A stretch of 56,057 nucleotides of DNA, counting the filler, from Squatina squatina (Eukaryota), in the NCBI GenBank assembly GCA_031763465.1. It is 3 parts of 3 records of this genome, joined end to end, with 100 filler letters (N's around TTAATTAATTAA, not from the genome) between each part and the next. Parts side by side here need not be neighbours in the genome. Positions count along the whole stretch, not along the records: positions 1 to 22,377 come from JARFOE010000019.1; positions 22,478 to 41,666 come from JARFOE010000100.1; 1 more part is not named here. The stretch is one strand, 5' to 3'. Shown here one piece after another: positions 12,738 through 25,095 of this stretch (position 1 is its first letter; each line of letters opens with the position of its first letter). Below the pieces are notes generated by a model. It was given only the letters and a program-made list of their open reading frames with translations. It was not told where the DNA came from and ran no database searches. A program made the translations under genes and the position numbers.

Positions 12738-13273
12738 GTTTGTTTTTTTAAAAAGTTCACTTTTTTCCTGTTCACTAATTATTTTCATAGAGCGTGTTAA
12801 TTAACTGAGATTTTGAGTGACTTTTNNNNNNNNNNNNNNNNNNNNNNNNNNNNNNNNNNNNNNNNNNNNNNNNNNNNNNNNNNNNNNNNNNNNNNNNNNN
12901 NNNNNNNNNNNNNNNNNNNNNNNNNGCAGTTCATTCTGGGCTGGCCTACCTCGGACTTTTCCAATCCTGGTGATTCAACTCTTTACTGAAGCTGCATTTG
13001 GTTTGCATCCCCCTTTGAAAACATCAAATAAATGACTGGTTTGGAATGTGAAGGAGTTATTATTACTGCTAATGAGTAACTACATAAATATATTGAAATG
13101 ATGGATATTTGTAATCACTGCCCATGGTTCGACAGTGCTGTAACTGTACACGGCTATATTCCACCACATTAGATTGTGCGTGAGAGTAATGCCCCGCAGC
13201 CTTTTGATCCTATTGTGAGTGAGGATTCAGTCTGTGTTGGATGTTGACTCTGGCGATTTTCACTCATTTTTAG

Positions 13274-13392
13274 ATCCGCTGGAATTCGGTGATGAGTCAA
13301 ATCCCATCTTTTCCGATGTTGGTAGGAAACCAATGAACAGACAGGAAAAAGCCAAGGACAATACGAGGAAGATCTTCCATGGTCCTAAACGG
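13274..13392 (+). CDS. WAPL: WAPL-like exon
   Basis: ttttag| ... |gtaaga; RKPMNRQEKAKDNTRKIFHGPKR versus human [24 protein letters not shown]. Confidence 0.88.
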
Positions 13393-15094
13393 GTAAGAAT
13401 TCCAGGCTGCTGATTGACTGAATGTGCCACAAGGTGACCTGCTCCTTCTCCAGACTCAGTTAGTACCAAGTGTTTCATTTACACCAGGCGTGTTCAAGCT
13501 TTGTGTCTCACTTGGCTGCACAGGTATGTACCATGGAGCCTCGAAGATCCCGTATAAATTTAAAATTAGTGTTCCCGTTCCTCTGCAATATATCTCAAGT
13601 TATAAGTAATCTGATGCCATTTCATGTTAAATATTCAAAAACTCGGTCTTCTACAAGGCCAAAGGGACATTTAATAACATTTCACAGCTTGGAGCTGCCT
13701 GCGAAATAGTGAGTGGAGAGCCAATCACACGGCTCTGCACATCAGCTGCTGATAGCACCAGGCAAGCAGTGTCCGCTCCATGGTCAGCCCGTCAAACCAT
13801 CAGTGTAAAGGTCGTATCCACCACAGCACAGGGATCACTTGAACTGNNNNNNNNNNNNNNNNNNNNNNNNNNNNNNNNNNNNNNNNNNNNNNNNNNNNNN
13901 NNNNNNNNNNNNNNNNNNNNNNNNNNNNNNNNNNNNNNNNNNNNNNCATTCTGAACTTTGGCAGGCAGTGGAATATACTGTATGTTGTAGCCCCTGGTCC
14001 TCAGTGACAACTGGAAGCTAACAAATTAACGTCTGGTCCCAGCCCCTTTTTGGAAGTGGGATATAAATTAAAACTGATATGTAAAAATGTCGAAAAAGCA
14101 AAGAAAAGTGAATTCTGTTGTGTAATTGCAAAGTCTCAAGATTTCTGTGCTGCAGGTTTGATCGCAGATAGCTGTGATATTTTATTGTCTGTCTGCTTGT
14201 GTCCTGTCTCCAGCGGTGTTTGGCTCATTTGATTTGTATCCCCTGTTGACAGGACAATTTACATTGAGATAATCTGCGTGTAAATCTCTGCTAGTGCTTC
14301 ACGTGTGTAAGGATGTAATGGTTCTCATTTGTGACCAAAATAGGCCCAATTATGTCGTTGTATGAGTTGACCTAAGGGAACACTGTCTCTAGAAAAGCTG
14401 TCAGAATGCTCCGGCTGCTGGTTTGTGACTAGGTTTGGCTGAACTACATTGCTCCATCCCACCAGCACTCCTTGGCAGTGTGACAAATGAACACGTCAGT
14501 GCTGGAGCTTTGTGCCTTGTGCCGGGGCAGATCCGGCTGCATTTTCCTGTCAATTACCACTGGTCCCTCAGGCAAACATCTGACCTTGTCACGACTGATG
14601 GTGTTGGGCTGAAATTTTGGAAACCGAAAACACAAGCTTGCATGCACCTTGCCATCAGCAAGGTGGCAGTATGGAGGCTGTTTCTGAAAGGCTGAGTGAT
14701 TAATTCTGCAGCAGTGCAGAAATTCGCCTTATTAGCAGGCAACAGTGCTCATCCAAAATGTTATTGCAGTAACGCACACATTTCACAATGAACCCAGCTA
14801 AATATCTGGTTAATTACAGAGAGACACTGCAGACCTTAGGTCAGCAAAGGAAAGCTAGCCTGTTCAAGCCATGCTTTCAGTCTGAAGTTCAATTAATGAC
14901 CAGAGTGCTTAACATAATATGACTGATTTTGAAGTGCGCTGTTCTTGTATCTGTAAATGTGGCAGATATTTAGTATACAAGATCCCACACACAGCAATGA
15001 GGTGAATGGACAATTAATCTATTTAGTGGTGTTGATTCATAGAATTGTAGAGACTTACAACACAGAAGGCCATTCAGCCCAGCGGCCCTGTTTT

Positions 15095-15293
15095 CAGTGG
15101 CAGAAGGGCTGTTTAACCAGAGGCACAGATTCAAGGTGATTGACAAAAGAGCAAGGGGGGACATGAGGAAACATTTTTTAACACAGCGAGTTGTTGTGAT
15201 CGGGAATGCCTGCCTGAAAGAGCAGTGGAAACAGATTCAATAGTAACATTTAAAAGAGAATTGGATGAGTACTTGAAGGGAAAATATTTGCAT
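15095..15293 (+). mobile_element. CR1 LINE 3' fragment
   Basis: Homologous to 22835-23030 (accagaggcacagattcaaggtgatt...aaacattttttaacacagcgagt). Confidence 0.75.
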
Positions 15294-15687
15294 NNNNNNN
15301 NNNNNNNNNNNNNNNNNNNNNNNNNNNNNNNNNNNNNNNNNNNNNNNNNNNNNNNNNNNNNNNNNNNNNNNNNNNNNNNNNNNNNNNNNNNNNTCTCGCT
15401 CTCGCCCTCGCCCCCCTCCACCTCCTCGCCCTGTGGGTGGGACAGGGGTGGTCTTAATGCTGGCTCTGCCTCCGGGCAGGGCTGTGTATGGGGTAGAGAT
15501 TCAGAAAATTGTGCATGATGTTCCAAAGGACTATTGACCCCTGGTGATTTCACACATTTTGGAATGTGCAGCAGTTGTAGCTCTTTGTGAATGATGCAAA
15601 TCGTAGTCGATGGTTAACATTGTTTTCAGTTTATCAGCAACTTCGTCCTTACCTGCTTGTTTCTTGCCTTGTGTTTGNNNNNNNNNN

Positions 15688-15813
15688 CCGAAGGATGAGG
15701 GTGTCTTCAAAGCCCCTCCCCCTCCACCCCGTGTGATCAAAACCGTGACGATACCAACCCAGCCATACCAAGACATTGTAACTGCACTGAAATGTAGGAA
15801 GGAGGATAAAGAG
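15688..15813 (+). CDS. WAPL: WAPL-like exon (5' edge in a 10-N gap)
   Basis: [42 protein letters not shown] followed by a |gtactg donor; near-identical to human WAPL. Confidence 0.93.
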
Positions 15814-16035
15814 GTACTGGGCTCAGCTTTACTCTCTAACTCATTTGACAATGTACTGAGATGTTGCTTCAGTGCAGTCACTCGATGGTGGTATACCTGC
15901 CCTGCAGATTTCTGAACTAGATTTCAGCTGCTGCCAGGTAAGCTTTCATTAATGGTGCAAAGTGAACAAGCTAACTTTGCAGCAGGGGGAAGTTATTGTC
16001 ATCCCGTCTGGTCTTTAATTCTATGTTAGAATTAA

Positions 16036-16141
16036 TATAGTGGCACTCTCGTCTGAGTCACAAGGTTGTGGGTTCAAATCCTTCTTCAGGGACTTGAGCA
16101 CAGAATTCAGGCTGACACTCCAGGGCAGTACTGAGGGAGTG
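16036..16141 (+). mobile_element. tRNA-derived SINE head (DeuSINE/SacSINE1-like)
   Basis: ctgagtcacaaggttgtgggttcaaatcc (B-box-like) followed by gctgacactcc...gcagtactgagggagtg; homologous to 45785-45954. Confidence 0.7.
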
Positions 16142-16485
16142 NNNNNNNNNNNNNNNNNNNNNNNNNNNNNNNNNNNNNNNNNNNNNNNNNNNNNNNNNNN
16201 NNNNNNNNNNNNNNNNNNNNNNNNNNNNNNNNNNNNNNNNNCACATATGCACATGGCTGAGCTGTCAACCTCTTCCGTGCATTCAGTGTCACAAAACTTT
16301 TGAGTTCTTGTGATATTTGTACAAGGCATTACGTTGTGTGGTGTGGAAGTGTGCCTCCTCGCTCAGTGCAAGGTGTTCCCAGTGGGGAGTAGCCTTTCTG
16401 CAATTCCGTTCCTGTATGACGACAATTCTGAACTTTGCATATTGGGAAAGATGCTGTCTGCTGCCCCAGCCTCAGTGCATTGGTC

Positions 16486-16515
16486 CTGCCCCCTGGTGGT
16501 AGTTTGAGTACTACA
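16486..16515 (-). promoter_or_regulatory. CTCF-binding motif (core plus upstream module) in a WAPL-like intron
   Basis: Minus strand reads TGTAGTACTCAAACTACCACCAGGGGGCAG: an exact CCASYAGRKGGCRS core with a TGCAGTACC-like module 7 bp upstream. Confidence 0.65.
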
Positions 16516-17509
16516 CCGAGGCCTAGTTTCGACATGGAACCTGGGTTAACTCTAATCCCGCAGTTTACTGTTCATTGAGTTTCACTACTGCTGTATTCCC
16601 AATAGTATTGAAGATTTGCAAAGAAAAGTTGAATTACAGTACTGTATGGTGCTATTTGTTTATCTGTCTGGAGTGTTCTGTTGAACATTTGAGCGATAAT
16701 TTTATCAGGGCAGTTGGCTGGCAGGAGTTATTCACTCAACCATCAGACTGATTTGGATTATCAGAAAATCCAGCGTTAAGCAGGGTGTTTCAGTAGACTT
16801 ATTCGGCTTCCTGAACGTCCAAAAAACTCCTAACTTTCGAATTGCCTACGTCAGTTTAAAGTGAGGGAGAAAACCTGGACAACAGGCCCATTGGAATCTG
16901 AGGGGAAAAGACTGATTCAGGTTTTGGGTGTGGACCCTGACCGGCTCAAAGATTTGACCTGAAACACCAACCAATTATCTCTTTACAGATTCTGACAGAT
17001 TTTCTGTGCATTTTTAGCATTTGCTGGGGTTTTCTGTGAGGAGTTAAACAATCTAAGCTACAGCAATGGTGGGGCACTGCACCAGTGTTTGGCAGGGACA
17101 GGGTTAAGGGAGCAGGCAATCGAGACCCCTTAATCACTGTCTAGCAGCATGAAGTGGGTCGAAGGGGGAAAGGTGAGGAAAGAATTAAACCCCACTTTGG
17201 CCCTAAATAGCTTCCCAACAGTCCCTGTTGTCCATTGTGCAGACCCAAATGGCAGCCATAGTCTCCTTAACAACGGGTGAAGGGAAATGAATCAGACTGG
17301 GGTGGGAGGGGAGAGATGACATGCTGTCTGCTGTGAAATAGGGGTGTGGTTGTGGATCACAGTGACTCCTACAATTAGTGCTACCCAGCAGAGTGTTATT
17401 GTGCAGGATTTGATTCATTTAAAGTTATTTTGTATGATCAGGTTTGGGACCTTTTGTTCAGCGTAATTTCCAGAACTGAGTGCTGAGGTGTGTGTTTTTT
17501 CTTGGACAG

Positions 17510-17621
17510 ACGGGGCACTTGGCCATGGAGACTCTGCTTTCACTCACATCCAAGCGTGCAGGAGACTGGTTTAAGGAGGAGCTCAGACTCCTCGGAGGAT
17601 TGGATCACATTGTGGATAAAG
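17510..17621 (+). CDS. WAPL: WAPL-like exon (WAPL/HEAT domain)
   Basis: acag| [37 protein letters not shown] |gtatgt. Confidence 0.96.
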
Positions 17622-17892
17622 GTATGTGCAGCTGGAGCTTGATTTCACTCTTGATTTCACACACTCTGTCCCCCAAGTGTTATGGTTTTTCTCCTATTCA
17701 AAACTGCCCATCACCACACATGCTTCTGAAGGCACAGAACTCCCGTGTGATGGTGAGCACAGCCCTGTGCCTGGCTAATTACACTCACTATTTTGAGTGT
17801 TTGGAAATATTGTTTCACATTTCTGCAACAGTGAGCTTAATCCCATGATCAGATTTATCCTAACCAACTCAAATCTCTTTCTGCATCAACAG

Positions 17893-17990
17893 TAAAAGAA
17901 TGCGTGGAACAGTTGGGTGAGAATGAAGAGCAGGACAAACTGGTTGCATCATTATGGGGTGCGGAGCGCTGTTTACGTGTGCTGGAGAGT
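17893..17990 (+). CDS. WAPL: WAPL-like exon
   Basis: acag| [33 protein letters not shown] |gtaagt; phase-compatible with the previous exon. Confidence 0.95.
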
Positions 17991-18452
17991 GTAAGTGTTG
18001 GAGATCAACGGTACAATTTTCCAATTTGTCATTTGGAAGAGGGTGCACAGCTTCACAACAAAGGCAGAGTCTCCATTTCTTGCAGTCATATAGCAGCATT
18101 AAACATCATGCCTCATCTGTAATGGTACTCTTGGGGCCTATTTATGCTGCTCTCTGTCATCGGACTTCTAACAATACAAAGCTGCTTCTGAGATTCATAT
18201 AATGTCTCATTCAGCAATAGTGACCCAAACTCTGCCACTGTTACTGTAAAGGTACTTGCGGTACTCAGTATCACACATCTAACCACAATCCAAGCTCCAG
18301 GTCAGGCAAGGCTCACTCGTTGGGGCAACCGTCCACACCTGTCTCGGCCAAATAACATTGTGCTGAACTTTTCCAGGTAGAAGGTGCCCTGGTCCGTGAG
18401 AGCTAATCTACCTCGCCAGGTTGAGCACGTTGCGAGTAAGCCTGATGCTTCT

Positions 18453-18526
18453 TAGAAACATAGAAACATAGAAAATAGGTGCAGGAGTAGGCCATTAGGC
18501 CCTTCGAGCCTGCACCGCCATTCAAT
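18453..18526 (-). mobile_element. Young CR1 3' end
   Basis: Exact reverse complement of 11755-11828. Confidence 0.85.
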
Positions 18527-19127
18527 NNNNNNNNNNNNNNNNNNNNNNNNNNNNNNNNNNNNNNNNNNNNNNNNNNNNNNNNNNNNNNNNNNNNNNNNNN
18601 NNNNNNNNNNNNNNNNNNNNNNNNNNAATATATCTGGACTGAGCCTGTGACCTTTCGGGAAGTGTGCTGGGTTTAGGTCTGGATGCACGTGCCACGCACA
18701 ATGTGGAATTGTTGCCGTCTGCTCAGCAGCCAGCTGTCACATACCATTAGGCTGATGGCAGGCAGACATCGCAGTTACACTGCTAGCTTGTCCTACAGTT
18801 CTTCAGTCCCCCAAGAATTAATACAAAGCTCATTTGAATACAGGCAAATTGTCAGTTTATTTTTAACGAGAGGCATTCATTTGAGGGCAGCTTGGTATCA
18901 GTGGTGGAAGCAGTCAGCCCAGTATATGGGGACATTCGGCATAATTCCTTATTCCATTGGACACTTCAGTAAACCTGTGGACATTGTTCACCATTGCTGT
19001 TGTAGGAATGTTGAAATGCTTTCTGTTACCGTGCAGTTGTTAAAGCATAGCTACAATAAACACCAACAAAATATACAGAATAAAAAGGCAGTGATGTGTG
19101 GGCGATGCACTAAGTCGTAGTGGTAAT

Positions 19128-19751
19128 AAGCTAAGTTTGGAAATGCACAGCCGATCAGACTTTAAACAAGCAATGATGGATATATTTACATAAAATGTTA
19201 CATTTCAGAATTACACAAATGTGCTATTGGTTTCTATAACAGTCACTGGATCCCAAACATCTCCAGCGCAGCAACAGTAAAGTTGTAAAACACAGCTTCA
19301 GCCCCCGAGCATCCACTCAAACCAACTTAGTAGTTTCTTCAGTATATGCAGTCTCTTTAAAAGCATCAGGTCTTAAAATATCTATCTAAAAAGGGGAGAG
19401 TTTCTGACTCTCATGAAGCGAGCAATCTGGTGAGCCCCAAAATGATTGTGTTGTACAGAAATGGTCATAGAAATGTGCAGACAGTGGGGAGCCATTTCAG
19501 CCCCTTGTGCCTGAACTATTGCATGTTCCACACTCGACTAGTCTAGCAAATAGGATCGTTTAAAAGTCGTGCTTTAACACATCTCTCCAACTTCCATGCT
19601 TTACGGGCTGTGAATTGCTTTGGGATCTGGTGACCATTATGGAAGCCAATAGCACATTTTTGTGTAACTCTGAAATGTGGTATTTTTATGTAAAGACATC
19701 TGTCGCTGCTTGTATAAAGTCTGATCACCTGTTCATTTCCAAAGCCAGCTT
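19128..19751. repeat. Long imperfect inverted repeat (arms about 130 bp, spacer about 360 bp), foldback/MITE-like
   Basis: Left arm tttggaaatgcacagccgatcagactttaaacaagc...tgtgctattgg...gatcccaaa pairs with right arm tttgggatc...ccaatagcaca...gcttgtataaagtctgatcacctgttcatttccaaa. Confidence 0.8.
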
Positions 19752-21499
19752 GTGACCAACAGTTTTACCTTAATGACTCAACCTGTGTGGTTTTATAAGG
19801 TTTTGTTTAATGACCAGGATGTGATTGCACTCTATGACTGGGCAGATGACTGCTGAATCAGCATGTCTTCACCCTTTGCCAAGAGTCAATGCATTTAATG
19901 TTCCATTACTGCATTGAGACTAGTGTGTAGATTACTTGGTGCTTCCCCTAGGATGGTACTATTCAAGGCAATGCCTGCAGTATTTCAATCCATTATGGCA
20001 ATTGGGCTGTAATTTAGTAAATCATTTTCAATAATGCAGGGCATGAGATGGCTAATATCTGGTTCAGTGTGTGCATGCAATATTTGATTTGAAGGGAGTG
20101 GATATGGGTGGTCTGTCTAATTCAACAGCCCACTGATCTACAGAAACCGATTGAGAATCATTTGTGGAGCGGTGGGAGAGATGAAGTGACTTAGCTCTTA
20201 TATACGTGCTGCCAACACCGAATGTATTTGCTGGTCTTTTGTAGTATTCTATTCACCGATGAAATCAATTTAGTCAGTGAGCATTCTCAGCCATTACTTC
20301 TCGTTTTAAAGCTTTTAAAATGCAGAAATCTGTTGCAAGCAGAAATGTGAGAAAGAGGAACTGGGGTGTACAGGCTGTGTGTCTGATTCTGCACGCAATG
20401 AATTCTCAACTTCTGCTGTGCTTCTATGAGTTGGAAAGAAGTTGAAGGCTGCATTTGGGGTGAGGGTTACAGGGAAATTGTAGCTCTAAGCAACTCACTT
20501 CCTATTCCATCCAATCCCTATTCACTTGTGCTTCCTTCCCAAACCCCTCACTACCACAGTGTCGCCTACCCCTTCATGTTATCACTGCCTATTCCCCATT
20601 CTTACCACTACTCACTCCTATCACTATCCCTAAATTGTTCTATTTGAACGACTCACTCATCCCCGTCTGCTTGTCTCCCTCTTGCTTCACTGTCACTCAT
20701 CTCACCNNNNNNNNNNNNNNNNNNNNNNNNNNNNNNNNNNNNNNNNNNNNNNNNNNNNNNNNNNNNNNNNNNNNNNNNNNNNNNNNNNNNNNNNNNNNNN
20801 NNNNNNTGGCTCTGAGCAGTCGGCTTCCACTGGCACCCGGCCAGTGAAACAACAATAAAGGCACTGCCTGAAAGAGCAGCTGTGACGTTTGGCACCCCGT
20901 GTGCACCTTCATCAGTTATTGCATTGAAAGCGAGGACTCGGTGCTCCAACATGATGCACTGCCCCAGTCATTTTACAATGGAGACTGCAGGCGCAAAGCC
21001 TCCCGACAAGAACGCAATGACTTGTTCGTGCTCTCATTAGACACTGGGCGGCGATGTGCTTTGAATATATCTTCATGCTGCGGTTATAAAGTGCAACCGT
21101 GCAGTTCTGTGGCAAATGTTCAATCTTTATTCTCATCAAATAATTGGGCTGCAAGTTTGTTTAATTCTGTGTAAAGTGCACACAGGCACAACAGGCAGGG
21201 ACTGCCCTTCATTTATTAATTCAGTATTTCATGACACTGAATACCGCTTCAACCCAAAGGCCAGTAATAGTTGGTGCCAAAGGAGGGGTCGTTGTTGGGG
21301 TGACGGGGCGTCAGTATATGAACTGCGCGGTGAGTCTGAGGGACGAACAATGAAGGTACCCATATGAATGTCTGTTCAAAATGACTGGCCATTTATTCAT
21401 TAGATAATTTTACCTGAGGAGTGAACTCTTATTTGCTGTTCCGTGCTCAGGCTCGTTGTATTGCTGTCATAATTCATTTTGTCTCCTTTTTCTCTTTAG

Positions 21500-21615
21500 A
21501 GTGGGGCAGCACAAAGACTGGCGAGCAGGACAACCTCATCAGCACGACTATGAACTGCGTGCTTCAGGTGCCACAGTACATACCTCAGGAACAGAGATTC
21601 GATATCCGAGTGCTG
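21500..21615 (+). CDS. WAPL: WAPL-like exon
   Basis: ctttag| [39 protein letters not shown] |gtaaga. Confidence 0.95.
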
Positions 21616-22377
21616 GTAAGAAATGCAGATCACTGCAAGCATTGTCACCCCAGCTTTTCTCCCTCGGGTGGTTACACTACAAACGGGAATTGTAGTTACA
21701 CAGACTAAGGTCATTCTTCATTCTGCTCACCCCTCGATATGAATAAAACCAATTTCTTTAACTTACCTCAATAGATTCCCACCCTGCTTGTCATACCCCA
21801 CACCCTGTAAAGAGCAGCAGTGCCCATGCTGCGACGATCAGGACTGCGCTCTGTGTGCCAGATTAGGCTCCAGATTGTGTTCAGTAGCAATACTGGTTTT
21901 GACTTGATTTGTGAGCCATCTGTGCAAGCACAACCCAGTAAGTGTGTCTGTTTTGCTGAAGATTTACACTGGCTGATGGTTTCAACGATTAGTCTACAAT
22001 AATACACGTGCACTTCCTGATTGCATAACTGTTCAAGTCAAAGTGCTCGTTCACCAGCTCACATTCACTATTCTGGTTCATAGATCCCAGTTGCCTTTTA
22101 AGATCTGCAACCTTCGGCACTTGATAAAATTATTACTCATTTACGTTGCCCCTGATTTTTTTTTAAATCAGCTGCAAATTTGAGATCTCTCCTTCGATTG
22201 TCATTACATGGCTTAGCTTGAGGGCAGAGGTGGTGGTCAGGTAGTGTGAGAGGCGGGGACAGGGGGAGGGATGAGGTCCCAGATCGGGGGAGGGAGGGGC
22301 AGGGTGGTAGCGGGGCCCCGGATATGGGGAGGGAGGGGTTAAGGCCCCAGGGAGGGGTGAGGTTCCCCAGCAGGGTA

Positions 22378-22477
22378 NNNNNNNNNNNNNNNNNNNNNNN
22401 NNNNNNNNNNNNNNNNNNNNNTTAATTAATTAANNNNNNNNNNNNNNNNNNNNNNNNNNNNNNNNNNNNNNNNNNNN
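22378..22477. other. Artificial scaffold-concatenation spacer
   Basis: 44 N + TTAATTAATTAA (22422-22433; stops in all six frames) + 44 N; an identical spacer lies at 41667-41766. Confidence 0.95.
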
Positions 22478-22509
22478 TGGAAAATAAGAGTGAGGTACAC
22501 ATATCATGC

Positions 22510-23140
22510 CAACCTCTGTAAATACGAAGATATAAATAGCAGCATAGAGTACAAAAGCCAGGAAGTTATGCTGAACCTATATAAAACACTAGTTTGGCCC
22601 CAGCCGGAGTACTGTGTCCAATTCTGGGCACCACACTTTAGGAAAGATTTGAAGGCTCTGGAGAGGGTACAAAAGTGATTTACTAGAATGGTTCCATGGA
22701 TGAGGGATTACAGCTATGTGGATAGACTTATGCTGGGTTGTTTTCCTCAGAGCAGAGAAGACCATGAGGAGATTTGATAGAGAAGCTTAAAATCATGAAG
22801 GGCTTAGGTAGAATAAATAAAGAGCAACGGTTTCCAATGGCTGAAGGGTCGATAACCAGAGGGCACAGATTTAATGTAATTGGGCAAAAGAACCAGAGGT
22901 GACGTGAGGAAAAACATTTTTATGCAACGAGTGGCTTGGAATGCACAACCTGGTAGGGTGGTGGATACAGGTTCAACAGTAGCCTTCAAAAAGGGAATTG
23001 GATAAACATTTGAAAGAGAAAAAAATTGCAGGGATATGGGGAAAGAGTAGGGCTAACTGGATTGCACTTCGAAAGAGCCACACAGACTTGATGGGCCGAA
23101 TAGTGTCCTCCTATGCTGTACTAGTCAAGATTCAATGATT
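22510..23140 (+). mobile_element. 5'-truncated CR1 LINE
   Basis: IEYKSQEVMLNLYKTLVWPQPEYCVQFWAPHFRKDLKALERVQK, then a decayed C-terminus and 3' tail (gatgggccgaatag...gattcaatgatt). Confidence 0.9.
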
Positions 23141-24814
23141 AACTGACAGTGTTTGCACAGATTCAAAACTTGTAATTTCTACAGCTAAAAGAATATTTTA
23201 GATGCACTGCGAAAGTCGCAATATTTTAGTTATGGCAAATATGTCGAGTCAGTATCCAGAGATAAGCTCATAGGCTCCAAACTCCTGAGACAGGTTGCAA
23301 GCTGCAACAAGCCATCATTAGGCTTTAGCAATTAACCTTCAACTAGGCTACTTTTTAAGAATTGCACAAGGTCATACTGAATCAATGCTATTGTTACTGG
23401 GGAAAATAATGCATAAAACACTACTTGGTGTGTAAGACATAAGAGGCTATATTTCCACAAACTTCATTTTGATCTGTACTACAGATAACCTGCTGAACTT
23501 ACCATAGGTTCTGACATCAAAATCAATGTCTTCGGGCAATCACCTTTATGAAGGGATGCCTCAATATCTATCCCTTACACCTGTGGCCCCTTTTAACCCC
23601 ATATATTTTCTCAGAGGGCAAATTGTATGCCCCTAATTAAGCAATGTGCTTCTTTTAGCCAGCAATTTTAACAGTCTCAACTTGTGTTGGGAATCATCAG
23701 GTTCCAATAATAAAATGCCTAGAATTGAGCTTAAACAAACAATAATCTTTTTAGAATTTCCAAGCTAACATTTTCTTCCCCCCACCCATTACTTTAGAAT
23801 TAAAAAGGTAGCACAAAAGAAGTGAAATCTATTTATTTTTCACAACTCACAAATTTCTACTCAGCTATAGTATGTTATTTAATCGATTAACAATTTTTTG
23901 CAGCAAGATTGGTACCCTAAACAGCACCGCACCTCCATACATATCATCGTTCCAAGTTTCACACAAATCAGAGTCCATCGGAAAGATATGGAGCATTTCA
24001 ATATAAAAACTTACTGTCCACCCTCAGTTCCCTTAAAGAGCAAATACAGCAGGAAACAGAATTCTCAGAAATATTCTGAAGAAGTCCCTCATAGCAAAGT
24101 GAAGTCATAAATATTTAAACAAGCCAATCATGATTTTTGTCTATTTTTAGGCTGCATTAATGAGGCAAAGACAGTGCCCAATGTATATATCTACCAATAT
24201 AAATAAAATCTGCTCCTTTACATTCACAGCAGATCTGTCACATTTAAGGCCTTGCCACTGCAATCACATTTCAAAACTAGATCGATATTTGGATTGAAAA
24301 TCACCTTCCCTTGGAGTTTGCTTCAAAACCCTTTTAGTTATTGCACAATTTGAACTGAAGTGCAATTGTTCACTTACCCTCCAGCAAGAAAGCATCACTC
24401 CCATTTTGTTTCTACTCAAGTTGCTTGTGAAGCAAATAATCTAATCAATCTGTTTATATGAAGGAGCACAAATAATTCTGGACCTGTAGAATTAACAAAT
24501 TCATCCATCAAAATACAATTATGTATTTACAATATTTGATGCATACTATACTTAAAATAAAATTCCACATATTACAGCTTAATCAACAACCACTGTATTC
24601 TGAAAGTTTATTTCAATAAGACATTCAACTAAATGCAAAAAACAATGGATCATTTTGGAAATTCAGCACTTTCAATTGTAATTGTAATTTTACATAAACA
24701 AAGTCACATTAATAGAATATAATTTTGTCAAATGGAAACTTGTATATTTTGTAAATCACCAAACCTCCTAGGTTTACTTAAAGTTACCACATTTATTTCC
24801 AGAGCTATCAAATG

Positions 24815-25095
24815 AAAGAACTTGCATTTATATAGTGCCTTTAGTAATATTAAGACATCTCAAAGTGCTTCACAGCCAATGAAGTGCTTTTGTAGTGTCG
24901 TCACTCTTGTAATGTAGGGAAATACTACAGTCAATTTAAATACAGCTAGGTCACGTAAACAGCAGTGAGATAAATGATCAGATGATCTGTTTATGGTTAT
25001 GGTGTTGTTGGTTGAGGGATAAATACTGGCAGAACACCGGGAAAGAAAAACGCCATGGGATTTTTTACGTCCACCCGAGGGGTAGACAGTTTAAT
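24815..25095 (-). mobile_element. DeuSINE-like SINE, 3' half
   Basis: Minus strand has a Deu-like core (gggtggacgtaaaaaatcccatggc) and an L2-like tail (ggcactatataaatgcaagttcttt). Confidence 0.7.

Noticed and set aside
16036-16141. tRNA gene (also 45785)
   Set aside because: The cloverleaf is decayed and continues into a SINE body.
15814-21499. Apparent loss of several internal WAPL exons
   Set aside because: Each interval with missing exons contains a 100-N gap, so absence cannot be concluded.
22230-22377. G-rich tract as a functional G-quadruplex
   Set aside because: It is low-complexity sequence at the scaffold end with no supporting context.
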